Position numbers and translations under genes: made by a program. Positions 27,160-36,911 of a stretch of 64,000 bases of DNA are shown one piece after another. The notes beneath the pieces are model-generated. The model did not search any database, had not been told where the DNA came from, and was given only the letters and a program-made list of their open reading frames with translations. The stretch covers positions 36,940-100,939 of the forward strand of contig JAGUQW010000004.1 of the NCBI GenBank assembly GCA_030154445.1, written 5' to 3'. Source of the DNA: Spirochaetota bacterium (GTDB lineage: Bacteria; Spirochaetota; Brevinematia; Brevinematales; Brevinemataceae). The stretch's first letter is position 1. Every line of letters begins with the position of its first letter.

Positions 27160-28839
27160 ATGTTATTTAAAAGTATTATTTTCTCTTTTATTTTAACGCC
27201 ATCTTTTTCTTGGGGATCGTCTCCTGAAGAAAATGCAATAACTTTTGGATTATTAACACTTATTCCTCCTGTTTTATCTATTCTATTAGCATTTATTACC
27301 AAAAATGTTTATTCGTCTCTATTATGTGGTATTTGGGCTGGAGCATTGTTATTATCTAAATCTGAAGGATTTTTTACCACTGTATACAATAGTTTTGAAA
27401 AAATGATAGTTATTATTATTACAGTTCTAAGCGATAGCTGGAGTGCTACTATTATTGCACAGCTTATTACTATCAGTGGAATGATAGCTATTATTAGTAA
27501 AAATGGTGGTTCTTTTGCAATAGCATCAACAATAGCAAAAAAAGCAAAAACAGCTCGTTCAGCACAGATATTTACTTGTTTTACCGCTCTTTTTATTTTC
27601 TTTGACGATTATGCTAATTGTTTAATTACTGGTCCTGTTATGAAAACTATTACCGACAAATTAAAAGTATCTCGTGAAAAATTATCTTTTTTAGTTGATT
27701 CAACAGCAGCACCTATTGCTGGTATTGCACTAATTTCTACATGGATAGGCTATGAATTAGGAGTGTTGAGAGATGCTTATATCATTGCAGGAGTTACAGA
27801 TCCTAATACTTATCAAATTTTCATACAGACACTCCCTTATCGTTTTTATAATTTCTTTATACTTGGCTTTTTATTCATTATAGCTTTTCTTAACAAAGAT
27901 TTTGGACCTATGCTCCATGCTGAACAGCGAGCCAGACAAAAAGGGATCATGGTCAACTCATCACCTTCAGAATCAATAGATGATTTTTTAATACCAGATC
28001 CTAAAATAGTATACAAAATGTCTAATGCTTTAATTCCATTAAGTGTTTTAATTTTAGGAACATTTTTTGGGATTTGGTATGATGGTTATAGAGAATTAGT
28101 ATCAAATAATACAGATTTTTCTACTCTTCATGGATATGACTATATGTTAGCTATTTTAGGATCTACAGATGTAATTGTTGTCATTCTAAAAGCATCTATT
28201 TTGGCTAGTATTGTAGCAATTATGGTATCAACTATAAACAAATCTCTAAGCTTATTCGAGGCTATTAAGATTTGGATTATAGGTGCTCAAAATCTTACAA
28301 GTACCGTAATTATATTAATATTAGCTTGGTCTATTTCGGCTATTATTAAAGAAATTGGTACTAGTGCTTATATCATTACTATTTTACAAAATAATATTCC
28401 TGTAGTTATTATCCCAACGATAACTTTTATCTTGGCAAGTATAATCGCATTTTCTACAGGAACATCCTATGGTACTATGGGAATTTTAATGCCTTTAGCT
28501 ATTCCTTTAGTTGCCACACTTAGTGGTGATGCAAATAGCACACTAACTACTATTACAGCAGGGACTGTGCTAACAGGAGCTATTGTTGGTGATCATTGTT
28601 CTCCAATTTCTGATACGACTATACTATCAGCTGGTGGTGCAGGATGCCCTCTCATTGATCATGTGAATACTCAATTACCTTACACTATTTTTGTAGCATC
28701 CATATCTATTGTCTGTGGTTATTTATTTATAGCATTGGGCTTACCTATTATTGTAAGCTATGTTGTAGGTTTTATTTCTATGATAACTATTGTGTTTTTC
28801 ATTGGAAAACATCCTGATACAGAACCAATCAAAGAATAA
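27160..28839 (+). CDS. Na+/H+ antiporter, NhaC family
   Basis: Polytopic membrane protein (12 or more TM helices) with NhaC-like segments FGLLTLIPPVLSILLAFITKNV, FFDDYANCLITGPVM and GDHCSPISDTTILS. Confidence 0.7.
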   Translation: MLFKSIIFSFILTPSFSWGSSPEENAITFGLLTLIPPVLSILLAFITKNVYSSLLCGIWAGALLLSKSEGFFTTVYNSFEKMIVIIITVLSDSWSATIIAQLITISGMIAIISKNGGSFAIASTIAKKAKTARSAQIFTCFTALFIFFDDYANCLITGPVMKTITDKLKVSREKLSFLVDSTAAPIAGIALISTWIGYELGVLRDAYIIAGVTDPNTYQIFIQTLPYRFYNFFILGFLFIIAFLNKDFGPMLHAEQRARQKGIMVNSSPSESIDDFLIPDPKIVYKMSNALIPLSVLILGTFFGIWYDGYRELVSNNTDFSTLHGYDYMLAILGSTDVIVVILKASILASIVAIMVSTINKSLSLFEAIKIWIIGAQNLTSTVIILILAWSISAIIKEIGTSAYIITILQNNIPVVIIPTITFILASIIAFSTGTSYGTMGILMPLAIPLVATLSGDANSTLTTITAGTVLTGAIVGDHCSPISDTTILSAGGAGCPLIDHVNTQLPYTIFVASISIVCGYLFIALGLPIIVSYVVGFISMITIVFFIGKHPDTEPIKE

Positions 28840-28946
28840 TTAAAATCAATAAAAACTCCCATCTAGACAATTAGAAGAGAGTTTTATTTATATAGTAATT
28901 AATCCTTGTATGTTTTTATCTTATATTATAACAAATCAGAGGAATT

Positions 28947-29564
28947 ATGAAAAAAATAAATTTTTCCAAACCTATTGTTGGAACAGAATGGATTACAGCT
29001 ACCGAATATATTTTACCAGACGGTACAACAACAACTATCAAACCAGAATCAATGACACAATTATTTAACAACACGCTTGTTTATAAAGACAATCCTAGAA
29101 TTATCCTCAGAGGCAAACTCGATTCTTTTCAAGCTGAATTAATTCATTGTATTTTTCAATGCCGTACTCTATATTCAGTGTCTTCGGATTTGTTATTACA
29201 ATTACGCGAATTATTAGACTACTCACGCAATATACTCAAATACGAAGTTTTAAATACAGCACTTCCTGATCAAAATTTGCTTTCATGGACTTATGATGAA
29301 ATAAGACTACGCTCTCACAATCCTTTAGAATTCTACAAATTAGAACAGATGGTATTGATTGATGATAGTTTTCAAGGGTCAGTTATTTTACTAAATTTAC
29401 TTCGAGCAAAAATAAGAGAAATTGAATTAATTGCTGTGCAGACATTCAAAGATAATACTCAAGATACGCATACAAGTCTCATTATGGGACTTAATAGAAT
29501 GAGTTCTTGCTTTCATATTTTGATGTATCAAGAGATGGCTTTTTTATTTTCTAAAGAATCATAA
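28947..29564 (+). CDS. Cobalamin adenosyltransferase-like protein (Firmicute eut-cluster type)
   Basis: KPESMTQLFNNTLVYKDNPRIILRGKLDSFQAELI matches my recollection of the KPEHMTHL...HPRI.FRGKLD.L motif of the clostridial/listerial ethanolamine-utilisation adenosyltransferase family. Recalled from memory, not searched. Confidence 0.4.
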   Translation: MKKINFSKPIVGTEWITATEYILPDGTTTTIKPESMTQLFNNTLVYKDNPRIILRGKLDSFQAELIHCIFQCRTLYSVSSDLLLQLRELLDYSRNILKYEVLNTALPDQNLLSWTYDEIRLRSHNPLEFYKLEQMVLIDDSFQGSVILLNLLRAKIREIELIAVQTFKDNTQDTHTSLIMGLNRMSSCFHILMYQEMAFLFSKES

Positions 29565-29571
29565 AAAATTA

Positions 29572-30942
29572 TTATTTTCCTATACAAAATTGAGAAAAAA
29601 TTCTATCTAAAATAGCATCATCTGTAGTTTTACCAACAATCTCTTCCAAAGATAATCTGACTTTACGGATATGTGAAGCAGTAAATTCTTCGGATTCTTG
29701 ATTGAGAATACATGTTTTTGCTAATTCCAAATGTATTTTACTTTGATTAAGTAGATTTTCTTGTCTGATATTAGCTACCAAAATATCACTCTCAGGATCA
29801 ACCCCTCCAGCAAAATAAAAACGAGCAATTTCATCAAAAATCAATTCTATTTCTTTGTTATCTTTAGCAGATACTTTAATAATAGGATGTGTATCATCCA
29901 ATTCAAGTTTTTGAACCAAATCATTTTTATTAAATACTCTTAATATACTTTTATTACTATCTTGTAAGATCTTAATGATAGTCTTATCTTCATCTTGAAT
30001 AAACATAGATTGATCCATAACATGAATCACTAGATCGGCATTTTTAATTGCTTCTAACGAGCGTTTTGTCCCTTCTTTTTCAATGGCGTCTTCCGTTTCT
30101 CGTAATCCAGCCGTATCAAAAAATCTTATCAGTAAGCCTCGTGCAGATATTCTGTGTTCAATCACATCTCTTGTTGTTCCTGCTATATCACTAACAATCA
30201 CTCTATTTTCATTTACCAAAGTATTAAGCAAAGATGATTTGCCAACATTCGGTCTCCCTACCAAAGCTACTTTTACCCCATCGGTACTCATCTTACCAAC
30301 TTGCGCACCTAATAACATGTGATTTACTTGAGTAAGTAAAGATTCTATTCGTCTTACAAATTGATTCGACACTTCTTCTATATCAACTTCCTCTTCACCA
30401 TGATCGATAGCAACTTCTAATAATGCTAACAAATCTAAAGTCTCTTGGTGAAGTAAATCAATTTTGTCAGTTAATTTTCCTTCTAATCGTCCGATTGCCT
30501 GAGCATGAGCAAATTTCGTTTGAGATTCTGTAAGATCTCGAATTGCTTCAGCTTGAGTAAGATCAATTTTGCCATTGAGAAAAGCACGCAAACTAAACTC
30601 ACCAGGATCAGCCACAGAAACACCCAAAGTACCAAGTATTCTCATTACTTCATTCACAATATAAGGGCTACCATGTGTCCAAATTTCAAGAGATTCCTCG
30701 CCTGTAAAAGAAGTTCCATGATGGAAAATACCTATCATTACTTCATCGATAATAGCCTTTGTTTTAGGATCAAACAATTTACCATAAGCAATTTCATGTG
30801 ATTTTTTTGAGTTTAGAGATTTGGATGATTTAAATAATTTTTCTACAGTTGTTATACTATTAGCACCAGAAACTCTTATCATCGAAACCCCAGCTACACC
30901 TGGAGCAGTTGATGGAGCTGCAATTATTTTATTATTTATCAT
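29572..30942 (-). CDS. mnmE: tRNA modification GTPase MnmE (TrmE)
   Basis: IAAPSTAPGVAGVSMIRVSG, G-domain GRPNVGKSSLLN / DIAGTTRD / DTAGLR / NKND, and the C-terminal CIGK motif. Confidence 0.95.
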   Translation of the reverse strand: MINNKIIAAPSTAPGVAGVSMIRVSGANSITTVEKLFKSSKSLNSKKSHEIAYGKLFDPKTKAIIDEVMIGIFHHGTSFTGEESLEIWTHGSPYIVNEVMRILGTLGVSVADPGEFSLRAFLNGKIDLTQAEAIRDLTESQTKFAHAQAIGRLEGKLTDKIDLLHQETLDLLALLEVAIDHGEEEVDIEEVSNQFVRRIESLLTQVNHMLLGAQVGKMSTDGVKVALVGRPNVGKSSLLNTLVNENRVIVSDIAGTTRDVIEHRISARGLLIRFFDTAGLRETEDAIEKEGTKRSLEAIKNADLVIHVMDQSMFIQDEDKTIIKILQDSNKSILRVFNKNDLVQKLELDDTHPIIKVSAKDNKEIELIFDEIARFYFAGGVDPESDILVANIRQENLLNQSKIHLELAKTCILNQESEEFTASHIRKVRLSLEEIVGKTTDDAILDRIFSQFCIGK

Positions 30943-30965
30943 ATATCTATCCTAAGAAATATTTT

Positions 30966-32432
30966 TTATTTATTTAAATTATTAATAAGCTCATTGTAAC
31001 ATTCATACAAATGATTAAATATAGTATAGATATCTTGAGAATTACAATTCGATAAACCATGTGCATACTTAGACAATTTATCATATTCTTTTATAATTAA
31101 TGAATAACCAATCTTATCATTTCTATTTTGAATATTTTTGTGTGCATATGAAGTCAATCCTTTATCATTACCATCCTTCTCAAAAACTAGAGAATCACCC
31201 AAAGCTCTCAGTAAAAAAGCTGTTGCAAAATTTCTTTTTTCAGGTTTAATATCTGATAATTCTCGTAAAACACGAAATGAAATATTTTTAGAACATTTTT
31301 TTCCATGTATTTCAAGCCACTCATTAATTTTATTACAAAAAATTTGTTCTGACACAGGTTTTTTATAATTAGCGTGCTTAGATGAATTTCTTGAAACCTG
31401 TGTTTCTGACTCATCTAATATAGATATATTATGAACTTGTAAATGTGTTTCAAACAATCTATTTTCTACTCCAGATTTTTCACCCTCATTATCCATAATA
31501 TTATTATCTTGTATACTTTCATTAGATTCAACAATATTATTTTCGGTACCTATTACAGATTCACTTGTATTTATTTTTTTTATAGATTTTTTATTTGATG
31601 AGATTTCAGCTATCATTTGATTGATACTATCTTGAGAATGATCCTTAAATAAATTATTAGTAGAAATCAATGTTTCTTCAATTTGAGATAGACCGTCGTA
31701 TATTTTCTTAATTATTGTTTTATAGTTTCTGTCTGCACTACTTGAATTTAGTTTATTATTACAAAATTGTAACATTAATTGATTTAATAAAGTTGTTTGA
31801 AGATCATTTAATTGATCTATATTAACAAAATCAATCTTTAATGTTTTAAAAATACTATAAGATCTAAGATAAAAATTCGTAAATATATCTCCTTGTTCTG
31901 TTTCCATACAATTTGTAATATTATATTCAATCTGATTATAACGAAAAGAAGAATCTATTGCTATTTGTTTCAAATGATCATATATTTTTGAAATTAATAA
32001 ATCTTGATCACTTGATTTACCTGCTTTCATATTTATTCTTGCTTGAGCGATGAGTGTCCAAGGAGTAAAATTTGATTGAGTATGTTTTTCTATAATGTCT
32101 AAATTTGCACTGATCTTATCTTTAAAAACAATGCATGAGATGGTGAAATCCTCAATAATAAATGGGTGTTTATCTCTTTGCATATATAATAAAGTTGACA
32201 ATCGAGTATTTCCATCTAAAACTATATATTTTCCTTCATTACTAGAAGGACAAACTAAAAACGATATATCTTGCATAATATAAGTAGACATTGCTTTCTG
32301 TAGTTTTTTAAAACCTGCTGAATATTGAACAAAATATTCGTAAATAAATTCTTGATCTTTATGTTCTAAAACACCGTATCGATAGTTTTCATGATCAAAT
32401 TCTAATTGATCTAAACTTAACATTTCTCTCAT
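30966..32432 (-). CDS. Uncharacterised protein with a ParB/Srx-like N-terminal domain (DGNTR motif)
   Basis: LSLDQLEFDHENYRYG (box-I-like) and KYIVLDGNTRLSTLLYM (compare DGQQRLTTL of DUF262 and DGQHR of DndB). These are followed by a helical region, an N/S/E-rich linker and a ~135-aa C-terminal domain that I cannot place. Confidence 0.45.
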   Translation of the reverse strand: MREMLSLDQLEFDHENYRYGVLEHKDQEFIYEYFVQYSAGFKKLQKAMSTYIMQDISFLVCPSSNEGKYIVLDGNTRLSTLLYMQRDKHPFIIEDFTISCIVFKDKISANLDIIEKHTQSNFTPWTLIAQARINMKAGKSSDQDLLISKIYDHLKQIAIDSSFRYNQIEYNITNCMETEQGDIFTNFYLRSYSIFKTLKIDFVNIDQLNDLQTTLLNQLMLQFCNNKLNSSSADRNYKTIIKKIYDGLSQIEETLISTNNLFKDHSQDSINQMIAEISSNKKSIKKINTSESVIGTENNIVESNESIQDNNIMDNEGEKSGVENRLFETHLQVHNISILDESETQVSRNSSKHANYKKPVSEQIFCNKINEWLEIHGKKCSKNISFRVLRELSDIKPEKRNFATAFLLRALGDSLVFEKDGNDKGLTSYAHKNIQNRNDKIGYSLIIKEYDKLSKYAHGLSNCNSQDIYTIFNHLYECYNELINNLNK

Positions 32433-32452
32433 TTATGTTCCTTAATTTACAT

Positions 32453-32481
32453 ATTTATTATTATATATTTTAAATTTTCAA
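32453..32481 (-). promoter_or_regulatory. Candidate sigma70 promoter for the ParB-like gene (and mnmE)
   Basis: Reverse strand reads TTGAAA-17 nt-ATAAAT, followed by an AAGGA RBS. It lies downstream of the yidC terminator. Confidence 0.35.
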
Positions 32482-32489
32482 GCTAATAT

Positions 32490-32526
32490 TATCAAAATTC
32501 CCACCTTAATAACTAAGATGGGAATT
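32490..32526 (-). terminator. Intrinsic terminator after yidC
   Basis: Reverse strand reads AATTCCCATCTTA-GTTAT-TAAGGTGGGAATTTTG. Confidence 0.7.
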
Positions 32527-32545
32527 GACTATGATTGAAGTTTTT

Positions 32546-34111
32546 TTAATAACTAATTTTTTTAGAATTACTATCCAAATTAACAAATTCTTGTTCAAAA
32601 ATAGAGAAAATGTTTTGTACTGTCCAATATAACACCAAACCTGAAGGCATATTCCAAAATAAGAACAAGAATATTAAAGGCATAAAATAACTTTGTGTTT
32701 GCATTTGTTTTTGCATTTCATTCTGAGTATTACCCATTCTACTTTGTTGACGAACTACAGTAACTAATTGTAATACAGTCATAATTAAAGGAAGTAAGTT
32801 GAAACTAAAAGTTCCTATTGTGAAAAGTGAATCAGGCATTGTAAGATCAGAAATCCACATGAAACCAGCACCTCTTAATTCTACAGAACGAGAAAGGACT
32901 CTAAATAAAGCAAAGAACACAGGGATTTGTAATAAGAGTGGCAAACACCCACCCAAAGGATTGGCTTTTTCAGATTTGTATAATTCCATAGTTTTAACTT
33001 GTAAAGCTTGTGGATCATGTCCCCATTTTTCTTGAAGTTTATTTAATTTTGGCTGAAGATCTTTCATTTTTTTCATAGAAAGAGCAGATTTGATAGAAAG
33101 AGGTAATAACAATAATTTCACTAAAATAGCAATAAGAATCAATGTCAAACCAGCACTTCCTGTTTTGGAAACAAGAGTAGACATCATCCATATCGTTCCA
33201 TTTTCTATTGGTTTTAATAACCAATTAAATGCTATAGGCCATGCAAATAATTTTTTGTATTGAGCTGCAACTATTTGTTCATGACGAGGACCAACATAAT
33301 AATCTAAATCATATGTTAGTGATTGATTAGGAGCAATATTAGTTGCTAAAACTTGTACGCCCAAACTTATACGAGATTTTGCACCAAATTGTAACCCATT
33401 ATAAACAACAACTGTATTGTCAAATTTTGGTTCTACAATTGCTAAGAAAAAATTATCTGATATTGTTGCCCATTTTACATCTATTAAAAATTCAGAAGGT
33501 TTAGGACCACCAAACCAACTACCACCATTAATATTTACTTTTTGTAATTTTTTACCATCAAAAAATTGATATTCTGGAATGTTACTATTATTTGTCGTTG
33601 CACGAGAAATATCAAATAAGGAAGCAAATGAAAAAGCTATACCTTCAAAATCTAATTTGAGATCAGCACGAGAAATATTTGAAAGAATTAATTGTTCTTT
33701 TATAATACCATTATCAAGAAGAACAATAGTTCTTTTAATATTAACATTTTGTTTGCCTACCATGGCATTAGCAGAAAGCTTGATAGTATTAGAATCTTTT
33801 TGAGATACTTCGTAACTAGGTCTATTATTATTTGTTATTAATTCTGTATAAGTCCCAATAGTAAAGTCTAAAATGGCAAGTTGATTGCTTCTATCTTGCA
33901 TCACAATATTATTAGAAATACGATTCCAAGAACCATTAATATAAAAATCGGAAACATGGCCATTAATTGAAGAAAATACAAACTCTATAGAATTATCAGG
34001 AGCAGATACTGTATATATTTTTTCATTCCCAGTCTTAGAATAAGTCACATTTTGAGTATAAGTTTGACCACTAATTAATACCATCAACAACAATATATTT
34101 CTAATAAACAT
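32546..34111 (-). CDS. yidC: Membrane protein insertase YidC
   Basis: N-terminal anchor, a large periplasmic beta domain and the conserved core KMKDLQPKLNKLQEKWGHDPQ...ANPLGGCLPLLLQIPVFFALF...NMPSGLVLYW. Confidence 0.95.
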   Translation of the reverse strand: MFIRNILLLMVLISGQTYTQNVTYSKTGNEKIYTVSAPDNSIEFVFSSINGHVSDFYINGSWNRISNNIVMQDRSNQLAILDFTIGTYTELITNNNRPSYEVSQKDSNTIKLSANAMVGKQNVNIKRTIVLLDNGIIKEQLILSNISRADLKLDFEGIAFSFASLFDISRATTNNSNIPEYQFFDGKKLQKVNINGGSWFGGPKPSEFLIDVKWATISDNFFLAIVEPKFDNTVVVYNGLQFGAKSRISLGVQVLATNIAPNQSLTYDLDYYVGPRHEQIVAAQYKKLFAWPIAFNWLLKPIENGTIWMMSTLVSKTGSAGLTLILIAILVKLLLLPLSIKSALSMKKMKDLQPKLNKLQEKWGHDPQALQVKTMELYKSEKANPLGGCLPLLLQIPVFFALFRVLSRSVELRGAGFMWISDLTMPDSLFTIGTFSFNLLPLIMTVLQLVTVVRQQSRMGNTQNEMQKQMQTQSYFMPLIFLFLFWNMPSGLVLYWTVQNIFSIFEQEFVNLDSNSKKISY

Positions 34112-34223
34112 ATAACCTCCAAATTAATTCACAATAAGTAACATCATACTATATAAAATAAATATCGTCAAGAGTTTTTTAACAAAACAAAGCTAATTAA
34201 AAAAGAACTCAACAGTGATATTT

Positions 34224-34252
34224 TTGACGAAAAAACAAAAAAAATGTATAAT
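34224..34252 (+). promoter_or_regulatory. Sigma70-type promoter for murA
   Basis: TTGACG-17 nt-TATAAT, with TG immediately upstream of the -10 hexamer (no spacer base, so not the canonical TGn extended -10). Confidence 0.6.
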
Positions 34253-34305
34253 GTATCAACATAATTAATACCAATATAACACAATACATATTTTAAGGAT
34301 TATCC

Positions 34306-35577
34306 ATGCTTGCAAAATTTGTCATAGAAGGTGGACAAGCTCTATCCGGTACTGTCACTATCAGTGGAGCAAAAAATGCAGCTCTGCCTATTTTGGCTTC
34401 TACTATTCTATCAAAAGAAACTATTACCCTGCATAATGTTCCTGTTTTGGCCGATATTAGTACTATGTTTGCCCTATTAGAATCATTAGGAAAAAAAATA
34501 ACAAGAAAAGATAATACTGTTATAGTAGAAGAACCAAATCAACTTGGATACGAAGCTCCTTATGATATTGTAAGTCGTATGCGAGCATCTATTGCGGTGA
34601 TGGGACCTTTAGTGGCACGCCTGGGCAAAGCTCATATTTCTATGCCTGGTGGGTGTAATTTAGGACCTCGTCCTATAGATCTTCATATCAAAGGTATTGA
34701 AGCTCTTTCTGCTACTTGTTGTACAGCTCATGGTTATTTAGATGTTAGTACACCTGAACAAGGATTGATAGGATCTGCAATGAATTTATCTTCCAAAAGT
34801 GGAAGTTCTGTCCTTGCTACAGAAAATATTCTTATGGCAGCAACATTAAGTACTGGAACTACCATTATTAATGGAGCGGCAAAGGAACCCGAAGTTGTAG
34901 ATTTGGCAGAATTATTAATAAAAATGGGTGCTAAAATTAGTGGAGCAGGAACTGAATCTATTACAATTGAAGGCGTCTCCAAATTACACGGTGCTGAACA
35001 TTCAGTAGTTGCAGATAGAATTGAAACAGGCACTTTTATTATTGCTGCAGCGATTACTGGTGGAGAAATCACTATTAACAATTGTGTTCCTGCCCATTTA
35101 GGAGAAGCAATTCGTCTTTTTAGAGAAGCTGGCATTATTATCGATATTATTAATGATACAACTATTTTAGTCAAAGCAAACGCTCAAAAAACAGCTGTTG
35201 ATTTTACTACTTTACCACACCCTTTATTTCCAACAGATTTACAATCACAATTTGTCGCTTATCTCACTCTTGCAGAAGGAAAAAGTATTGTTATAGAAAC
35301 TATTTATCCTGATCGTTTTATGCATGCAGCAGAATTAAATCGTATGAGTGCTAATATTACCGTAGATCACCATAGTGCAAAAATAATTGGTGTCAAAGCA
35401 CTCTCCAGTGCTTCTGTAATGAGTTCAGATCTTAGAGGTGGTGCAGCTCTTGTATTAGCCGCTTTAGCAACAAAAGGGACTAGTGAAATATTGCGTATTT
35501 ATCATATTGATAGAGGATACGATAAATTTGAAGAAAAATTAAAAAAAATAGGTGCAAATATCACTAGAATCAAATAA
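34306..35577 (+). CDS. murA: UDP-N-acetylglucosamine 1-carboxyvinyltransferase
   Basis: FVIEGGQALSGTVTISGAKNAALPIL, the active-site loop PGGCNLGPRPIDLH and IYHIDRGY. Confidence 0.95.
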   Translation: MLAKFVIEGGQALSGTVTISGAKNAALPILASTILSKETITLHNVPVLADISTMFALLESLGKKITRKDNTVIVEEPNQLGYEAPYDIVSRMRASIAVMGPLVARLGKAHISMPGGCNLGPRPIDLHIKGIEALSATCCTAHGYLDVSTPEQGLIGSAMNLSSKSGSSVLATENILMAATLSTGTTIINGAAKEPEVVDLAELLIKMGAKISGAGTESITIEGVSKLHGAEHSVVADRIETGTFIIAAAITGGEITINNCVPAHLGEAIRLFREAGIIIDIINDTTILVKANAQKTAVDFTTLPHPLFPTDLQSQFVAYLTLAEGKSIVIETIYPDRFMHAAELNRMSANITVDHHSAKIIGVKALSSASVMSSDLRGGAALVLAALATKGTSEILRIYHIDRGYDKFEEKLKKIGANITRIK

Positions 35578-35613
35578 TAATAACAAATAGTATATTGTAC
35601 AAGTGAGTATTCT

Positions 35614-36804
35614 ATGAATTTTTCTACTAAACTATATTTCCGCTTATTATTATGGTCTCTTATTTTTGGTTTTGTCTCTGGTATTTTTGGAATTAGTTTG
35701 GCTTTAATTCAAATTGCCAATTTTTATCTTCAAGAAGGTACTCAACAAGTATCTGATACTTATTCTTATAAAGTATTAAATAGTGAAAAAAAAATATTAA
35801 CAGATGATATTATTATAGAATTACAAAATATTTCAGGTATTGCTTTTGTAGACCCTTATTTATCTCCCACTAATGAAATCCTTGGAAGTATTAATTATTT
35901 CGGTTTTTCAGCATCTTATCCCGTTCAAATACAAGGAATCCCAAAAAGACTTGGGCAAAAAAAAGCTAAAAACAATTACAAAAATTCTTGGGATTCCGCC
36001 GATTTATCATCAATTCCTATCCTTCTTCCTCAACAAGCTATCGTATTATATAATAATCTTGCTCCTCAACGATCTTGGCCAACTTTATCAGAAGAGTCAT
36101 TCTTAGGATTACCTGGAGCCAAAATTTCTATTGACAAAAATGAATTAAAAGCTATTATTTCTGGATTTGATGCTGATGAATTTGGTACTATTATCACTGT
36201 ATCTTCTCAAAAAATATATGCTATTTTTGAATCATTAAACTTAAATCCTACTTATGATTATATACTTATAGAAACAGTACCAGGTCTTACAAAATCTCAA
36301 GCAAGAGATTCAGCAAATAACATAAAAGATCTTGGATTTGAACTCACTTCAGCAAAAGAAGAAAGTTTTCAACAAGGGATTTTTATTCGTATAAAATATA
36401 CAATTACTATTTTTGGATTTAGTATTATAATTGCTTTTATGTTTTTACTTCATTATAATCTTCGTTTTCTATTTGCACAAATCAGACAAAGAGTTTTGTT
36501 GTATAGAATCTGGGCTATTAAAGATACAACTGCTATCAAATCCGTATTTTTCGCTATTATATTCTCAATAATTACAGGAGTGATCTCGTGGCTTATTTGT
36601 TTTTTTGCTGTTATTCCTGCTCAAAAATATATTATAGATACCATTACAAGATTTGGTATTAATGCACCATCATTAAGAGATAGTGTTAAAATATCTCTAG
36701 AAACAGGGGTTCTTAGCATGTTTTTATTTTTCAGTATTACTTTATTGACTATTATTCATTTCTTTTTGACTACACCTAAAGCTAACCACATCAAAAAATT
36801 CTAA
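35614..36804 (+). CDS. FtsX/MacB-type ABC permease-like membrane protein (no adjacent ATPase)
   Basis: TM1, a ~230-aa extracytoplasmic domain and then three C-terminal TM helices, the FtsX-family topology. Confidence 0.5.
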   Translation: MNFSTKLYFRLLLWSLIFGFVSGIFGISLALIQIANFYLQEGTQQVSDTYSYKVLNSEKKILTDDIIIELQNISGIAFVDPYLSPTNEILGSINYFGFSASYPVQIQGIPKRLGQKKAKNNYKNSWDSADLSSIPILLPQQAIVLYNNLAPQRSWPTLSEESFLGLPGAKISIDKNELKAIISGFDADEFGTIITVSSQKIYAIFESLNLNPTYDYILIETVPGLTKSQARDSANNIKDLGFELTSAKEESFQQGIFIRIKYTITIFGFSIIIAFMFLLHYNLRFLFAQIRQRVLLYRIWAIKDTTAIKSVFFAIIFSIITGVISWLICFFAVIPAQKYIIDTITRFGINAPSLRDSVKISLETGVLSMFLFFSITLLTIIHFFLTTPKANHIKKF

Positions 36805-36841
36805 TCCCCCATTCTCTTCTTTATTTATTTTTTTAAATCAT

Positions 36842-36868
36842 TAAAGTTTTTCTATATCTTCCGAAAAC
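36842..36868 (+). promoter_or_regulatory. Sigma28 (FliA)-like promoter candidate upstream of flaA
   Basis: TAAAGTTT-N10-tCCGAAAA compared with TAAAGTTT-N11-GCCGATAA. The -35 half is perfect and the spacer is 1 nt short. Confidence 0.35.
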
Positions 36869-36911
36869 TTTGTAAGTCTTACAAAAAATAGTGTAAATTA
36901 AGGAGAATCTC

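Noticed and set aside
34112-34305. Possible oriC in the divergent yidC/murA intergenic region
   Set aside because: I found only one DnaA-box-like string, TTATCCATG, which overlaps the murA start. There is no cluster of boxes and no dnaA/dnaN nearby. The region is adequately explained by two divergent promoters.
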